In this document: positions 61,512 to 64,000 of the stretch, in pieces
How the letters are laid out: every line of letters starts with the position of its first letter
Numbering within the stretch: position 1 is the first letter of the stretch
Assembly: GCF_001194135.2 (NCBI RefSeq)
Contig: NC_068990.1
Location: forward strand, 76,206,852 to 76,270,851
Direction: 5' to 3'
DNA length: 64,000 nt
From: Octopus bimaculoides
Taxonomy: Eukaryota
The notes under the pieces: model-generated
Database searches by the model: none
What the model saw: only the letters and a program-made list of their open reading frames with translations
What the model was told of the DNA's origin: nothing
Program-made: the position numbers and the translations under genes

Positions 61512-61628
61512 TAATAATAATAACGCCTCCAAATTTTGGCACTAGGCAAGAAAGTTCGGAGTGGTAGGGGAGTTAACTTCAGTGGAATTTGAAATCAGGC
61601 GGACAAAAAAGAATAATAATCGGAAAAA

Positions 61629-61670
<42 letters not shown>

Positions 61671-61786
61671 AGTGAGTGGAAGATGATACTTGCTGAATAA
61701 ATAGCGACATCCGGTTATATACATATCATATTAATTGTATATATAATTATATACATACATACATGCGTACAGACAGACAGACAGAC

Positions 61787-61845
<59 letters not shown>

Positions 61846-61941
61846 CAGACAGATAGATGTGGTTAAACAAATATATATTCACCTTTGAAACCTTATTTTA
61901 TGTTTGTATACACAAACACACATATACATACATACATACAT

Positions 61942-62000
<59 letters not shown>
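61460..62000. repeat. Compound microsatellites (TAA)n, (GAT)n, (GATA)n, (TA)n
   Basis: Visible directly. Confidence 0.95.
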
Positions 62001-62004
<4 letters not shown>

Positions 62005-62823
62005 NNNNNNNNNNNNNNNNNNNNNNNNNNNNNNNNNNNNNNNNNNNNNNNNNNNNNNNNNNNNNNNNNNNNNNNNNNNNNNNNNNNNNNNNNNNNNNNN
62101 NNNNNNNNNNNNNNNNNNNNNNNNNNNNNNNNNNNNNNNNNNNNNNNNNNNNNNNNNNNNNNNNNNNNNNNNNNNNNNNNNNNNNNNNNNNNNNNNNNNN
62201 NNNNNNNNNNNNNNNNNNNNNNNNNNNNNNNNNNNNNNNNNNNNNNNNNNNNNNNNNNNNNNNNNNNNNNNNNNNNNNNNNNNNNNNNNNNNNNNNNNNN
62301 NNNNNNNNNNNNNNNNNNNNNNNNNNNNNNNNNNNNNNNNNNNNNNNNNNNNNNNNNNNNNNNNNNNNNNNNNNNNNNNNNNNNNNNNNNNNNNNNNNNN
62401 NNNNNNNNNNNNNNNNNNNNNNNNNNNNNNNNNNNNNNNNNNNNNNNNNNNNNNNNNNNNNNNNNNNNNNNNNNNNNNNNNNNNNNNNNNNNNNNNNNNN
62501 NNNNNNNNNNNNNNNNNNNNNNNNNNNNNNNNNNNNNNNNNNNNNNNNNNNNNNNNNNNNNNNNNNNNNNNNNNNNNNNNNNNNNNNNNNNNNNNNNNNN
62601 NNNNNNNNNNNNNNNNNNNNNNNNNNNNNNNNNNNNNNNNNNNNNNNNNNNNNNNNNNNNNNNNNNNNNNNNNNNNNNNNNNNNNNNNNNNNNNNNNNNN
62701 NNNNNNNNNNNNNNNNNNNNNNNNNNNNNNNNNNNNNNNNNNNNNNNNNNNNNNNNNNNNNNNNNNNNNNNNNNNNNNNNNTTTTTCTTCTTTTTTTTCT
62801 TCTTCTTCTTCTTCTTCTTCTTC

Positions 62824-62869
<46 letters not shown>

Positions 62870-63098
62870 CATCATTATTATTATTATTATCATTATTATC
62901 ATTATTATTATTATTATTATCATTATTATTATTATCATTATTATCATTAATAATATTATTTACTTTTTACGTGAGGGAAATGATCAACGAATAAATGTGT
63001 GTGTGTGTGTGAATGTGTGTGTGTAATATAGAACATATCTCCAAAGTCAGTACATAGTTTCATCATATTCCTCCCATCACACGCTTTCTATCTTTCTG

Positions 63099-63151
<53 letters not shown>

Positions 63152-63878
63152 GTCTGTTTCTTCTTTTCTCTCCCGCCATTTAATCGGATTCTTGTCCTTG
63201 TTATTCATTCTCTTTCATCTGAACAACAGTGAGATAAAATAAACACACATACACACTACGTTGGGTGGGGGTGGGGTGGGGTGTCGATGAGGTCAGACAC
63301 CTTGCTACCTTCCATTTCAGTAATTGGGTTTATGTCTAAATAAGGAATAAATATACTTTATGCAGCAGTCCCATACACAAACAGACACACACACACTCAC
63401 ACACACACTCACACACACACACTCACACATGCACTCACACACATACTCACATACACACATACACACATNNNNNNNNNNATACATACATACATACATACAT
63501 ACATACATACATACATACATGCTTACACCCACTTTTTGCCAACATGGGACAAGTTGAGTGAGCGACTGTTACATATTTAGATATTAACCCCCGCCATCAA
63601 AGAATATCAATATAGGAATATGAAAAATTGCATATTCATTTATCTTAATAACAAGACACATTTATCATTACAACCGCGACATTAAGGTCTTCGCACCACC
63701 CGTTTAAGCCCTTTACCTCATATCACCAAGCACCACAACCACAACCACGTCAGCAATACGAACGAAGACAGCAATAACAAACACATAAACACGGTCACAA
63801 TTATTATAACTTATATTATCATGCAGTCTACCAAGAAACCGACGCATTCATCATGATTCCTCTTGGTCAGGGAATTCC

Positions 63879-63938
<60 letters not shown>

Positions 63939-64000
63939 TTCTTTTTCTTCGTCTTCTTTTTCTTCTTTTTTTTCTTCTTCTTCTTCTTCTTCTTCTTCTT

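Overview
Gene-poor, repeat-saturated animal DNA. The SINE families, dense microsatellites and roughly 7 kb of N-gaps next to microsatellites point to a cephalopod (Octopus-like) short-read assembly; the species call is inference. I could not support any host protein-coding exon, true tRNA/rRNA or CRISPR array. Almost all long ORFs in the supplied track are translations of microsatellites or gaps. What the window does contain is a layered record of transposon insertions. (1) Retroelements: a decayed Penelope-like element (7.9-11.0 kb), three R4/Dong-clade fragments, RTE and CR1/L2-group LINE 3' ends, and a CCCH zinc-finger ORF remnant. (2) DNA transposons: two copies of a DD36E (Incomer-like) Tc1 element, mariner remnants and MITEs, a rosa-like fragment, and a full-length 3.05-kb hAT (Buster/Charlie-type) element with TIRs and an 8-bp TSD. 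(3) About 40 copies of three tRNA-derived SINE families. The most interesting signals are several minimal type-I hammerhead ribozyme motifs, including a roughly 425-bp retrozyme-like unit with terminal redundancy; a Dong-like LINE inserted in the (TAA)n tail between two SINEs; and a LINE whose 3' tail matches that of the most abundant SINE family.
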